Origin: Callorhinchus milii
Taxonomy: Eukaryota
DNA length: 64,000 nt
Direction of reading: 5' to 3'
Assembly: GCF_018977255.1 (NCBI RefSeq)
Contig: NW_024704743.1
Location: forward strand, 109,370,001 to 109,434,000
Shown: piece after piece, positions 22,806 through 33,200 of the stretch
How positions within the stretch are numbered: position 1 is the stretch's first letter
Layout: every line of letters starts with the position of its first letter
Made by a program: the position numbers and the translations under genes
Notes under the pieces: model-generated
Seen by the model: the letters and a program-made list of their open reading frames with translations, nothing else
Databases searched by the model: none
Told to the model about the DNA's origin: nothing

Positions 22806-23534
22806 TTTCTGAAGCAATTGTTTTTGTGGTTATATTATTTAAATATTTTATATTACACCATTCATTTTTGTGTGTCTAAAAACATGTGTCTAAAGGCTTA
22901 CAATGTTTGTTATAGTACTGTTACGGACACCCCATTATTTGTGTACTTTACCTTTTATGTCTATGAGCTATTGAAAGCTGCATTAAGCCTTTGCGCCATT
23001 GAAAGTTTGTGTGCTGTTTAAAATTTTGCGCACGCGCGGTTGATCCTAAATAAGTCGCTTAGCTCTAAGCACGTTTAAGATCTGTAGACCAGTATATAAT
23101 TTAAAGGTAAATACCACTTTGGTGACATTAAATCTGGGATATGGCAACATGAAGGCGGGAAAACAGGATCACATGGATCCAGGAGCGGAGGCATCGTGCT
23201 ACATTGTATTTTTGGTGGGGAAAAGTTTGTTAGGTACTTTTACAAAAGGGGATGGGCTTAATGCCTTTAAAAGGAGCGAGCTCGAGTGACTCTTGGTTGG
23301 TTTTCATCAAACAGATCTGTGCCTGACTTGAGGAAGAGTTGTCCTCCAGGTCATGATTGTTTTTTCCTGTCTTTATTAACGATTGGTAGGGCGTTAGGGT
23401 TTCTATTTCCAATGTTGTGACCATTTTCATATTTAATGGGCAGTTTAAGCAAGGCATAGGGTTTGTGAATAATCAATAAAAATACCGTTGAGTTTTCTTG
23501 AGCGTGCTTCTCGAGTCTGTCCAAATCAAAGGAG

Positions 23535-23790
23535 GGAGCGGTTTACATACACAGGTTGAGCCTATGTCACAGTCTGTTAGTGTGAAGAACTCTTGACGGA
23601 AGCTTCCCTATGCTAGAATTATAAAGCACTGGTAGAACCTGTCGTTGTGTTGACTCCTATTTTAGTGAAGTTTTCATACAGCAAGGGACTTGCGCTTCAC
23701 AGAGAAGGATGCATACAGAGGCCATCTAGTACACTACGCAGGTTACACATCGCGGGTTTATACACAGGGGTGAGAACTGTCGCAGTATAT
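23535..23790 (-). other. Unidentified degenerate protein-coding fossil, copy 2
   Basis: ATVLTPVY...VY*MASV...QVP...HNDRFYQ...IGKLPS...VT*AQPVYV. Many differences from copy 1 are synonymous in this frame. Confidence 0.55.
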
Positions 23791-23844
23791 GTAGTCCAGA
23801 GAAGTCTTGTACTCGCATGGTTGTCATGTGTTAATAAAAACAAT

Positions 23845-24262
23845 CCTAGTATTTGATATAGCACCTTTCACACTGGGAGGACATCTCAAAAGTGTCTCCT
23901 AGGATTTACTGTAAAGTGTAGCGACTGGGTATTTTGTAGGTGACTGCAGCAGTCAATTTGTGCACAATAATGTCCCACAAACAGCCATGAAGCGAATGAC
24001 CAATTTTATTTGGGGGATTGATGTCCAGGGTACCAGGAGAAACCTCCCTTTTCTTTTGGATCTTCTAAACATGCATCTGAACAGGCAGACTGGACTTTGG
24101 TTTAATGTCTCACGCAAAGGGCAGCACAACAATGCAGAGCCTCCCCCAATATTGTATGTCAGTCTGTCAGCCGAGACAATGTGAGTTCAAAGTCCCAGAG
24201 TGCGGTTTGACCGAAAACCTTCTGACTCTGAAGAAAGAGTGCTACAAACTGAGTTAGGCTGC
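23845..24262 (-). mobile_element. Old DeuSINE-like element
   Basis: Reverse-complement tail, CAATTTGTGCACAATAATGTCCCACAAACAGC, CTGAACAGGCAGAC...GGTTTAATGTCTCA, and head AGAGTGCTACAAACTGAG. Confidence 0.7.
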
Positions 24263-24543
24263 CTCATTATTATTTATTATTGTTATTATTATAACAGTTT
24301 AAATAACTCTATGCAGGTAGTTTCTCAGTGGTGGGTTAGACAGACCAATAATACTGCTATGTTACATATGAATGAATGTTGCTTTTATTAGTATGTTTGA
24401 ACTTCCTAAAATAGCTACATTTTGCAGACTGTTGATATTTTAATATTATAATAAGTAATACTAGCTGTGAGAATTTTAATGAAGGAACGAATGTTATCTG
24501 TGTAGAAATATTTTAGTGATTTAAACCAAAGATTTGGTTTAGG

Positions 24544-24576
24544 AGGATTACTATTGCAACAACACATCATCAGTAC

Positions 24577-24607
<31 letters not shown>

Positions 24608-24622
24608 TCCCAGCTCACGTTC
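24544..24622 (-). pseudogene. 28S rRNA fragment (rDNA-derived insertion, about 79 bp)
   Basis: Reverse complement GAACGTGAGCTGGGATTAGACCGTCGTGAGACAGGTTAGTTTTACCGTACTGATGATGTGTTGTTGCAATAGTAATCCT matches the conserved eukaryotic 28S segment just 5' of the sarcin-ricin loop, with about 2 mismatches. Confidence 0.9.
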
Positions 24623-24954
24623 TCAGCTCACCAGTCTGCCAGTTGGAGTTTTTGTGTGGGATACTGACAACCAAAAGTGGTGAAGACCTGGAGGTTTCAA
24701 TTATGTTTATTCTGAGGAAGGGTACTGGAACCAAGGATGACCAGATTTGGGGGGGCATTGGAATAAACCTTATGATTTGGTAAAAGAGGGAGAGTGCATA
24801 TCAGGAATGTTGTTACATCACTGCACCCCTGTAAACCCACATACAATGGCCATTTAAGTAAGGTGGGTGGGTACGCAATGCTGCTCTTTTAAAGTGTGGT
24901 GACTAATCCATACAGAATTAATTGCTGTTAATTGCTAATAATCTCTTATTATTT

Positions 24955-25030
24955 GTAGCATGCAACTACTAAGGTGGTAGAAGACAGACTAGATGGACCT
25001 TGGTCTTTTTTCGTCTAGCTATGTTCCTAT
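24955..25030 (+). mobile_element. CR1-type 3' tail fragment
   Basis: ACTAGATGGACCTTGGTCTTTTTTCGTCTAGC; a similar copy lies at about 6145-6215. Confidence 0.55.
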
Positions 25031-25056
25031 TAGGCAGTTCCTATTTCCAGGCAGGT

Positions 25057-25314
25057 CAGGGCGAAACCTTGGGCAAGTTTCCTTACTCCACACGCCTAAT
25101 AATCCCTCCAAAAACCAAAAGCAATAATAAAATTGGTCATTTTCAATCTACGACTGTTTGTGGGACATTGCTGTGCGCAATTGGCTGCCGCGTTCGCCCA
25201 CAAATATACAGTCAATTCACTTTACAGTGTGTTCTGTGAAGCGCTTTGGGACGTCCTCCCGGCGTGAAAAGCGCTATATCAAATGCAAGGATTATTATTA
25301 TTATTATTATTATT
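25057..25314 (+). mobile_element. Young SINE, short subfamily, 5'-truncated
   Basis: CAGGGCGAAACCTTGGGCAAG...GGGACGTCCTCCCGGCGTGAAAAGCGC...(ATT)n. Confidence 0.9.
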
Positions 25315-26327
25315 AGCATAATAAAGCATAGCCAAAGCAATATTATTGGAATCAGAAAGGTGTACAGTGGCTCGATTCTGGATCATTTTAAAACTTAAGT
25401 TCCTGTATTTGGAAATTGGGGTACTGTCTGAGATTTTACATAAGTGGTCCAAGAAGGATTTGGGTCAGGTTTATACCATTGAGCCAAGCTATTTTTACGC
25501 TTGGCGCTCTTTTTTTATATAAGAAAAGGTACTGTGTTTTTATTGCTTTCAATTTTTATATATAGTTTTTAATTTCAAAATAGATGAATTCCACAGATGA
25601 GACTCTTTAGGGATCTGCTCACATTATATCTACTTTTTTAGAATAATTGTGGGAGTGGCTGAAAAATTAATATGCTTCCAAAGTGGATAATTAATTTTAT
25701 AATCTTTCTGAAGATAGACCCTGCATTGTGTGTGTCTTGTGATTAAGATTTCTAACAGCATTATGACTAACTGAGAGAAATGTGCACTTCATTCTTGTAA
25801 TACCTTAGAACAAAGAGTCGCTTTGTTTCTTTATAGAGGCTTTTCTAGTTCTTGAGAGAACTGAGGAGCTTCTGTATTGTGAACTGTAGCAGCAAGAAAT
25901 GTTCATGTTAAAGTTTTTAAATCTTGGTTTGTTTTTTATTACACGTAATGTAAGTACTTTTCCATTTTGACTACTCAGTTGCCAACACAAAGTTGTGCCA
26001 GAAGCCAAACGTCTCTGCCCCCAACCTGTGCCTTGTCCAAACCTCAGAAGATAAACTCTTCTTTCCTTTCTTCTACCCACCCTCCTAACCACTGCAGGAA
26101 TGTGTCTTTTCCCATTTTTTGCACCAGCCGTTATGCCTATTTGAGGGAGAGTGCCACGTTGTTCTAAATTCCAGGCAGTTTCGTAATTCTGCCTTCACTA
26201 GGAACTTAGCTGAAGCCAGTGCATATGTTCCACAAGACTTGTGAAACATTTTCATGGATTTTGGGTGACGTTTTGTGTGTGCTACAGATACTGAAAATAT
26301 ATTCTGTAAAGCCAACCCAGAAACATC

Positions 26328-26912
26328 AACAACAACAACAAACTACATTTGTATAGTGCCTTTCACTTCGGGAGGACATCCTAAGGCGCTGGACGGGAAG
26401 GGATTTGGACCCGAGTTGGTGGTTGGGATCAGGAGGCGTGGCTGGTATGTGGGTGGCTGAAGGTGCAGTCGAAGATGAGGGTCTTGATTGTGCCTTAAAG
26501 GAGGCAAGGGAGGGGGCAAGGCGAAGTAACTGTGGGAAGGAGTTCCAAAGGGTGAGGGCAAAGAAGCTGAAGGCCCGACCACCAATGATGGCGTGTGCGG
26601 GTGGGGGATGTGGAGCAAGCCAGAGCTTGCTGAGCGGAGGGAGCGAACAGGTTGATTTGGCATTAGCAGGATAGCGAGCACGAGAATTTTGAACTCTATC
26701 CTCTGGGGAGCCAGTGGATGATAGGGTCATGGAACCTAGTGCAGGAGAGGACACGGACTGCAGAGTTCTAGATGATCTGCAGCTAACGGAGGGAAGAGTT
26801 GGGAAGGCCGACAAACGGGGAGTTGGCGTAGTTGAGCCTAGATGCAATAAATGCATGGATGAGGGTTTCGGCTGCCTGAGGGAAGAGGCATTGGCGAAGC
26901 CGGGCAGATTGG
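26328..26912 (-). mobile_element. L2 LINE 3' part
   Basis: AAETLIHAFIASRLNYANS and IGGRAFSFFALTLWNSFP; (CAA)n tail. Confidence 0.85.
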
Positions 26913-26983
26913 GGAAAACAGAGCATGAAGAAACTGTGTTCTTTTCTCTGCAGTCGCGAAGATTTTTCTGATTTATGTTTGTG

Positions 26984-27385
26984 TGTCAGCTGGCTCAGTT
27001 GGTAGCACTCACGCCTCATGAGTCAGATGGCTGCAAATTCAAGGCTCACATTGGGAATTTGAGCTCACAGTTCAGGCTGATGCTCCATTGCGATGCTGGG
27101 GGAGTGTTGTGTTGTCAGAGGTGTCCTTCAGATGAGTCAATAAATTAAGGTCTGTTCAGAAGGACTTTAACGATCTGATGGCACTATTTGAAAAGAATAG
27201 TTTCTCCCAGTGTCTTGTATAACAATCCTCTGGGTAAAATTGGTCATTCATTTCATGGCTGTATATAGACATTGCTATGTGGAAATTGGCGGCCACATAT
27301 GTCTCCAAAATACCCAATCACCAAACTTTACAGTAAAACCCTGTGAACCACCTTGAGATGTTTTGGCAATGTAATAAGAGGCTAC
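26984..27385 (+). mobile_element. Old DeuSINE-like element
   Basis: GTCAGCTGGCTCAGTTGGTAGCACTC head; CCTTCAGATGAG, ATGGCACTATTTG, AAATTGGCGGCCAC. Confidence 0.7.
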
Positions 27386-28281
27386 GGTGAACATCTGATA
27401 ACTTGCCGCTGGGATAATTCGTCAACACTAAGTCATCATCTCTAAATCATCATTAGAGCTAGTTCCCTTGGGTGCCTGTTTGTAAGTTTCACTGCATATC
27501 AAATGCAATGCTATTATTAATATGCTATTATCATTTTGGTAAATGTAACAAAAACAGTTGTGCCCTCATCCAAACTACACAACAAGCACTGAAACTTGCC
27601 ATTAGTTTTTTTAAACAATTTCACAATTGTATTAAATACAAATCATTACTACTAAAATATTCTATTAAATATACATATTCTAAGTAGAATAATGTGGACC
27701 GGAGTACATCAAAACAACATGCGTTTACATAGTGTTGGAGCCATAAAAGAAAAGTCTACCAGCATTTTACAGAAGATGAATTAGAAATGAAGTGAATATT
27801 GTCATGGAGGCAAATGTGGCCGCTATTCTGCACCAGCGAGTTGCAATCTAATTGTCGGGTTAAGATCATCGTAAACCATGAAAGGTCATCCCTTCTTTTA
27901 TTAATGTCATCTGAATCCCAAGAGGGCAGTACTGGAAAACCTTATTTATTTATATTTTGTTGGTAACAAAACTTGTTGGTAATTATTTCTGAGATGAGAT
28001 TTGACAGAAGTGCAACTTTTATAATTTTTGAGTAGTTTTGTCAAAGTCTTTGTTTTTGTGGGTCGTGAAGAAACAAAGTTGCCTGAGGCACAAGAAGGAT
28101 TTTCTCGTCATCATTTCTGCAGTTCATGCAGTCGTGTTTGCAAATTGTCCATCAGCCTTTAAACTCCAGCTGGCTTGAACTAAATCCTCAAACCACTGCA
28201 TTCCAGAGGGCTTTATTTTTGCAGACAGGATAAAGAGCGGATCTATGCTGTTGTTCATTGGTAATGAGATCGACGAAAATG

Positions 28282-28438
28282 CAGTGAACTCCTGATAACT
28301 CAACCTTGGCTTAACTTGTCACTGACGTCATGCTGTCAACATCCTGACTGTATTTATACATATATCTAACTTGTCGCTCCAGATAACTCGTCACTGGACC
28401 CGTTTCCCTTGGCGTGATGAGTTATCAGGAGTTTACTG
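28282..28438. mobile_element. MITE with pogo/Tigger-like terminal inverted repeats
   Basis: CAGTGAACTCCTGATAACTCA (28282) and TGAGTTATCAGGAGTTTACTG (ends 28438) form a 21-bp TIR with one mismatch. Internal GATAACTC repeat. No intact TA TSD. Confidence 0.65.
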
Positions 28439-30753
28439 CACTTTGTGTTGGGTATAATTACAATGTTACGTGTTTGTGTGTTTATCCATGTGTGTGTATT
28501 TACAAATATAAAGTATAGATTGTATTGACAGATTTGCAATTGATTTGATATTGTTTTAGACTTGTACTGCAGGCACTGCTACTGACAGGAAATTTTAATC
28601 ACTTAAGACGTGCCTTCTAAGTGTCTTAAAAGGTTGTAAATTTCACGTACTGTTCAATTTAAGGTAAACAAGTATACAGGGCAAGATAAAATCATCATTG
28701 TCTTGAGCATTGGTTTGCTTCACCTGTCTATAACAGTTTCAGTCTCAAAGCAATGAAGTTTGTGCAATTTGCTGTGTTAACTATTTTCAGTAAGTGAAGT
28801 TTCATAATCTCATATGTATTCTTCCTGTACATACTGTAACATTAATTATATAAGGCTGGTGATTCCATTTCATCTGCAATACTGTGCTGCTTGCATGTTA
28901 CAGAATAGAGTTTCTCAGCTACAAAACCTATACTTATTTGATGAAGGGAGCATTGGGGAAAAATACTTTTATTTAAGCTGGCTGTGTAAAAAAAAAACCA
29001 CACTCATTGGTAAATGTTTCTGAGATGAGATTTCACATACAATTGCAGCTTTTTATTTTTTGTGTTTTTTGTTGAGTAGTTACTTCCAAGTTATTCACGA
29101 AGTAAGCACACTGTTGCGCTGTTTAACTGCTGTGAATTACTGTTTTCTTGTGTGTGTTTTAAGTAGGATAAATTGCAGAAAGGAGAGCTTATTGATGTTA
29201 AGGAATGTAAATTACCATTAAATATCTGGAAGCATAATTGCATAAATTCTTGTGGCTTTATGTGCTTCTTGGCACAAGGGAGCTGTTCCTCCCAAATAAT
29301 TTCATAAAATAATAGAATCAAGTACAATGGAAACTCGCCATTAAGTGCGGTCAATAAAAGAGCTTATTTTGCTCTTATTAATGAGGTGCCCTCATTAGTG
29401 AGTTTTGGATTTTGATTGCCATTAGTTTCATGTGGAAATAAAACACACTGGAAAAAGCTCCCTCATTTACTGCATGTTCATCAGGTGAGCTTCTGCTGAT
29501 AAAGGTTGGACTTTGTTATGATATGTGTATATGTGTGTGTCGGGGGGTGTTGTCAATTCACCAGATATAGTATGAAGTGTAGCAGCTGGATATTTTTGTA
29601 GGCAAATGTGGCGGACAATATGTGCAGAGCCATGTCCCAGAATCAGCCCAAACTTTGTTTTATGGGATATTGTTCAGGGTAAATTTGTAAAAACATTGTG
29701 AATCTTGCTCCTCCTTCTGACAGCTGATATCTCTGCAGATGAGGTGGTAGACAGCTGGCTTGCTCCGGGGCTCCAACCCATCTTCTTGTCCACCCCTTCC
29801 TTGCTGTAGAAAGCCACCAGGAGAAGCCAGGGGCTACCCAAGTATTACTGACTCCTCTGATTTTAGCTGGGAAATGTCATAACCTTCAGTCAGTCGTTGT
29901 CATTCCTCAGTGATAAGTATTGGTTTTGAAATGAATTGTTGCATGAGGCTTTACAGAATACTTTTACCTTGAGAGCAAGTTCTGTCTAAAAGATTGATTA
30001 CAGCGTTTACAGACTTAGTGGGATTCAACAAGAAGCGTTCCGAGGAAATGTACAAAATGTATTTCATTCCTGACTACTCCTGTCATGTCGTTTGAGTGAT
30101 CATGGCTGGCTAATTGATGCTGCTGCTTCTTTCCCTCTGAAAAAATATATTTAAGAATTGTGCATTCCATCAGGCTTACAAAGGCTTAATTGGGTTTTAA
30201 TTTAAATCTTTGAGAGAGAAACAAAATAGACTTTGCTGGCAATTGTTTGATTGGGAGATTGTGTAAACGACTGAACTACATCATTTTAAAAATTAACTTT
30301 AAACATTCTAGTTGTTTTTTAGCTGTGTTATATTCTTGTTCTTTCTAAGAGCTGCAGCAGATTATTAATTGCTGAATCTTCATCGTGAAAAAAAATTATT
30401 TTTGGAATGAATTGTACTTTATAACTTCTTCCTGTTCTAATTGCATTCTTAATGGGTTTTATTTGACTGCTACATAATTACACCATCCTTTACGATTCAG
30501 ATATAATTTAGCTCTCATTCCTCAGTAGGTAGATTTATTTTAATAAAAATAACCATTTAGCATTCAGACGTGTAGGAAGCAAGGTGCATTAATTCAATTA
30601 CATTGTCAGGACTCTCTGACTTAAGTAGCATTTCTAATTGTGTTAAAAGTTCATTTTCCCAATTTCTGGAGGACAAGGCAGTGAGACCATGTTAAGAATG
30701 GTGGCAATGAAATTCGATTTTTTTAAAGAAAGCATAGCTCCTTTACTACGTGT

Positions 30754-31000
30754 ATCAGCCTGGCTCAATTGCTAGCACTCTCGCCTCTGAATTAGAAAGT
30801 TGTGGGTTGAAGTCCTACGTTGAGACTTTGAATTTCACATAGTCTTAAGATGACTGTTCATTGAAGTACTGGGGATGTGCTGCATTGTTGGAGCTGCCAT
30901 CCTTCAGATGAGACATGAAACAAACATTAAACAGTATGCCTGTTCAGCTGGACATTAAAAGTCTTATTCGTTATTTTAAAAGAATGAAGGGAGTTTCTCT
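30754..31000 (+). mobile_element. Old DeuSINE 5' half
   Basis: ATCAGCCTGGCTCAATTGCTAGCACTCTCGCC...CCTTCAGATGAGACATGAAAC. Confidence 0.7.
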
Positions 31001-31004
31001 TGGT

Positions 31005-31130
31005 ATCCTGCTAGATAAACAGAGGCGTGTGGAATAAGGAAACTTACCCAACATTTCACCCTGCTGGGAATCGAGCCCAAGCCTCTCGCGAGCGAGGCCT
31101 GTGCTCTAACCACTGAGCTACAGGATTCTA
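31005..31130 (-). mobile_element. SINE long subfamily, 5' part
   Basis: Reverse complement of the tRNA head plus CACACGCCTCTGTTTATCTAGCAG. Confidence 0.8.
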
Positions 31131-31380
31131 CAGGACTTCTTCTGATAAAGCTATAAGAAGAGAACATTAAACATGCAGGACCAATCCTTAAGATATACAG
31201 ATATATATACATGCCTTACTACACGAAGCAATTGTTGTTTCAACATTGGATTGCTCATCAGGAAATTGGCACGTTAAATTGACAAAGAATATTGCTTAAC
31301 ACCATTTAGAAGATATTCTTTCTGGAGAATGCCATTTGGCATAAGGTCAGCATTGTTAGGAGATATTCCAAAAGTAAAAG

Positions 31381-31748
31381 TGAAATCCCGCAGCTTGGTG
31401 GTTAGCGCACTTGCCTCGCAAGTGAGAGGACCTAGTTTTGATTACAGGACAGGGCGAAATCTTAGGCATGTTTCCTTGCTCCACACGCCTCTGTTTACAT
31501 AGCAGGAAGTAGGAATCTGGTTGTTAGTAGATTGGTGGATTGCTTTATCGGGGTAATAATCCCTTCAAAAAAACAAATAATTAATTAATTTGATCACTAA
31601 ATCCAAGACTGTTTGTGAGATTCTGTTGTATGCAATTGGCTACCGTGTTTCGCCCACAAAATATTAAATCACTACACTTTACAGTGTATCCTGTGAAATG
31701 CTTTGATTTTCTCAATGACGTGATGAGGCATTACATGCAGTTATTATT
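31381..31748 (+). mobile_element. SINE long subfamily, diverged full length
   Basis: GGTGGTTAGCGCACTTGCCTCGCAAG...CACACGCCTCTGTTTACATAGCAG...CAATTGGCTACCGTG...tail. Confidence 0.8.
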
Positions 31749-31969
31749 GCTAAGTAAACAGACGTGTGTGGAGTAAGGAAACTTGTCCAAAATTTCGCCC
31801 TGCCCAGGAATCGAACCCAAGTCCTCTCGCTTGCGAGGTGAGTGCTCTAACCTTTACTACTAATAATAATAATCCTTGCATTTGATATAGCGCCTTATCA
31901 CGTCTTCTAGACGTCTCAAATGCTTCACAGAATATACTGTAAAGTGAATTTAATCTACAAGACTCCACT
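31749..31969 (-). mobile_element. SINE head interrupted by a SINE tail
   Basis: Head pieces at 31749-31851 and 31955-31969 flank a long-subfamily tail at about 31860-31950. Confidence 0.7.
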
Positions 31970-33200
31970 TACACAAAAGGTTGAAGGTAGATCTAAAGAA
32001 AGTCAAAGCAATAATAAAGATGCCAGCACACAATACGTGGAGTGAAAAGGTTAATGAGGATGGTGAACTGGGTGGCCCTGTTCATACCAAAGATAACGGA
32101 GATTCTGGAGCCAATAAGAGAGTTAGTAAAAATAGACTGGGAATTTATCTGGGAATGAAAACAGCAGCAGGCATTTTAAAAAAAATAAAAGACACTATTG
32201 GGCCCTGCAAAGGGCTCTTTGTTAAAATTTTATGATGTCAATGCTCCAGTTAAGATATCAGTCGATGCAAGTAAAACCAGGATAAATGCAGTTTTAATAA
32301 TAATAATACAAAATATTAATACAAAGAGAAGATCCAGTAGTTTCTGCATCAAGAGTATTCTTGAAGGCTGAAAAGAAATATGCATAAATAGAGAAGAAAT
32401 GTTTACCAGTAGTTTTTTTTGTGTGGTTCAAACAGGCTACAGGTGGAGCCTGTAGCTTAGTTGTTAGAGCACTCGCCTCGCAAGCGTGTTCGATTCCCAG
32501 GCAGGGTGAAAAGTTGGTCAAGTTTCCTTATTCGACATGCCTCTGTTCACCTAGCAGTGAGTAGGAACCCGGTTCAGTCGATTGACGATCGCTTTTTTGG
32601 GGGGATTAATCCCGTTTTNAAAAAATAGTAATAATTTGGTCATGCAATCCACGACTGTTTGTGGGACACTGCTGTGCGCAATTGGCTGCCTCATTCTGGC
32701 CACACAATATACAGTCAATTCACTTTACAGTATATTCTGTGAAGCGCTTTGAGACGTCACAAATACGTGATAAGGTGCTATATCAAATGCAAGAATTATT
32801 ATTATTATTAAACCGTATGTATTTGGAAAATAGTAGTGGAAAATGATCACAAACCATTAGAAACAGCCTTTAAAAAGGAAACCGAATGAAATGTCTCCAA
32901 GACTTCAACACATGCAAATATGTTAACAGAGATATAATGTAGAATTCAAATATACACCAGGAGGAGCATTATATGTGGCAGATGGATTGAGTAGAATAGT
33001 GAGTGAAGAAGGAAACATAGAAAACCAAAGATTAGAATAACAAAATGGAGTAGAATGGATGGGAAATGGCTAAAGCGATAAAACAAGAGAAGGAAATAAA
33101 AGAGGCAACCAGACAAGATGGAGCAAGGGAAGTAATACCTAACATGTTACAAAATGGATGGTCTGAAAGCTCGAAGGAGATGCCAAGAGGGTGTCAGGAA
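31970..33200 (+). mobile_element. Ty3/Gypsy LTR retrotransposon pol fossil (RT thumb to RNase H), interrupted by a SINE
   Basis: [90 protein letters not shown]. Multiple frameshifts and stops. Confidence 0.85.
32442..32810 (+). mobile_element. SINE long subfamily inside the Gypsy RNase H
   Basis: GTGGAGCCTGTAGCTTAGTTGTTAGAGCACTCGCCTCGCAAG...(ATT)n. Confidence 0.88.
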
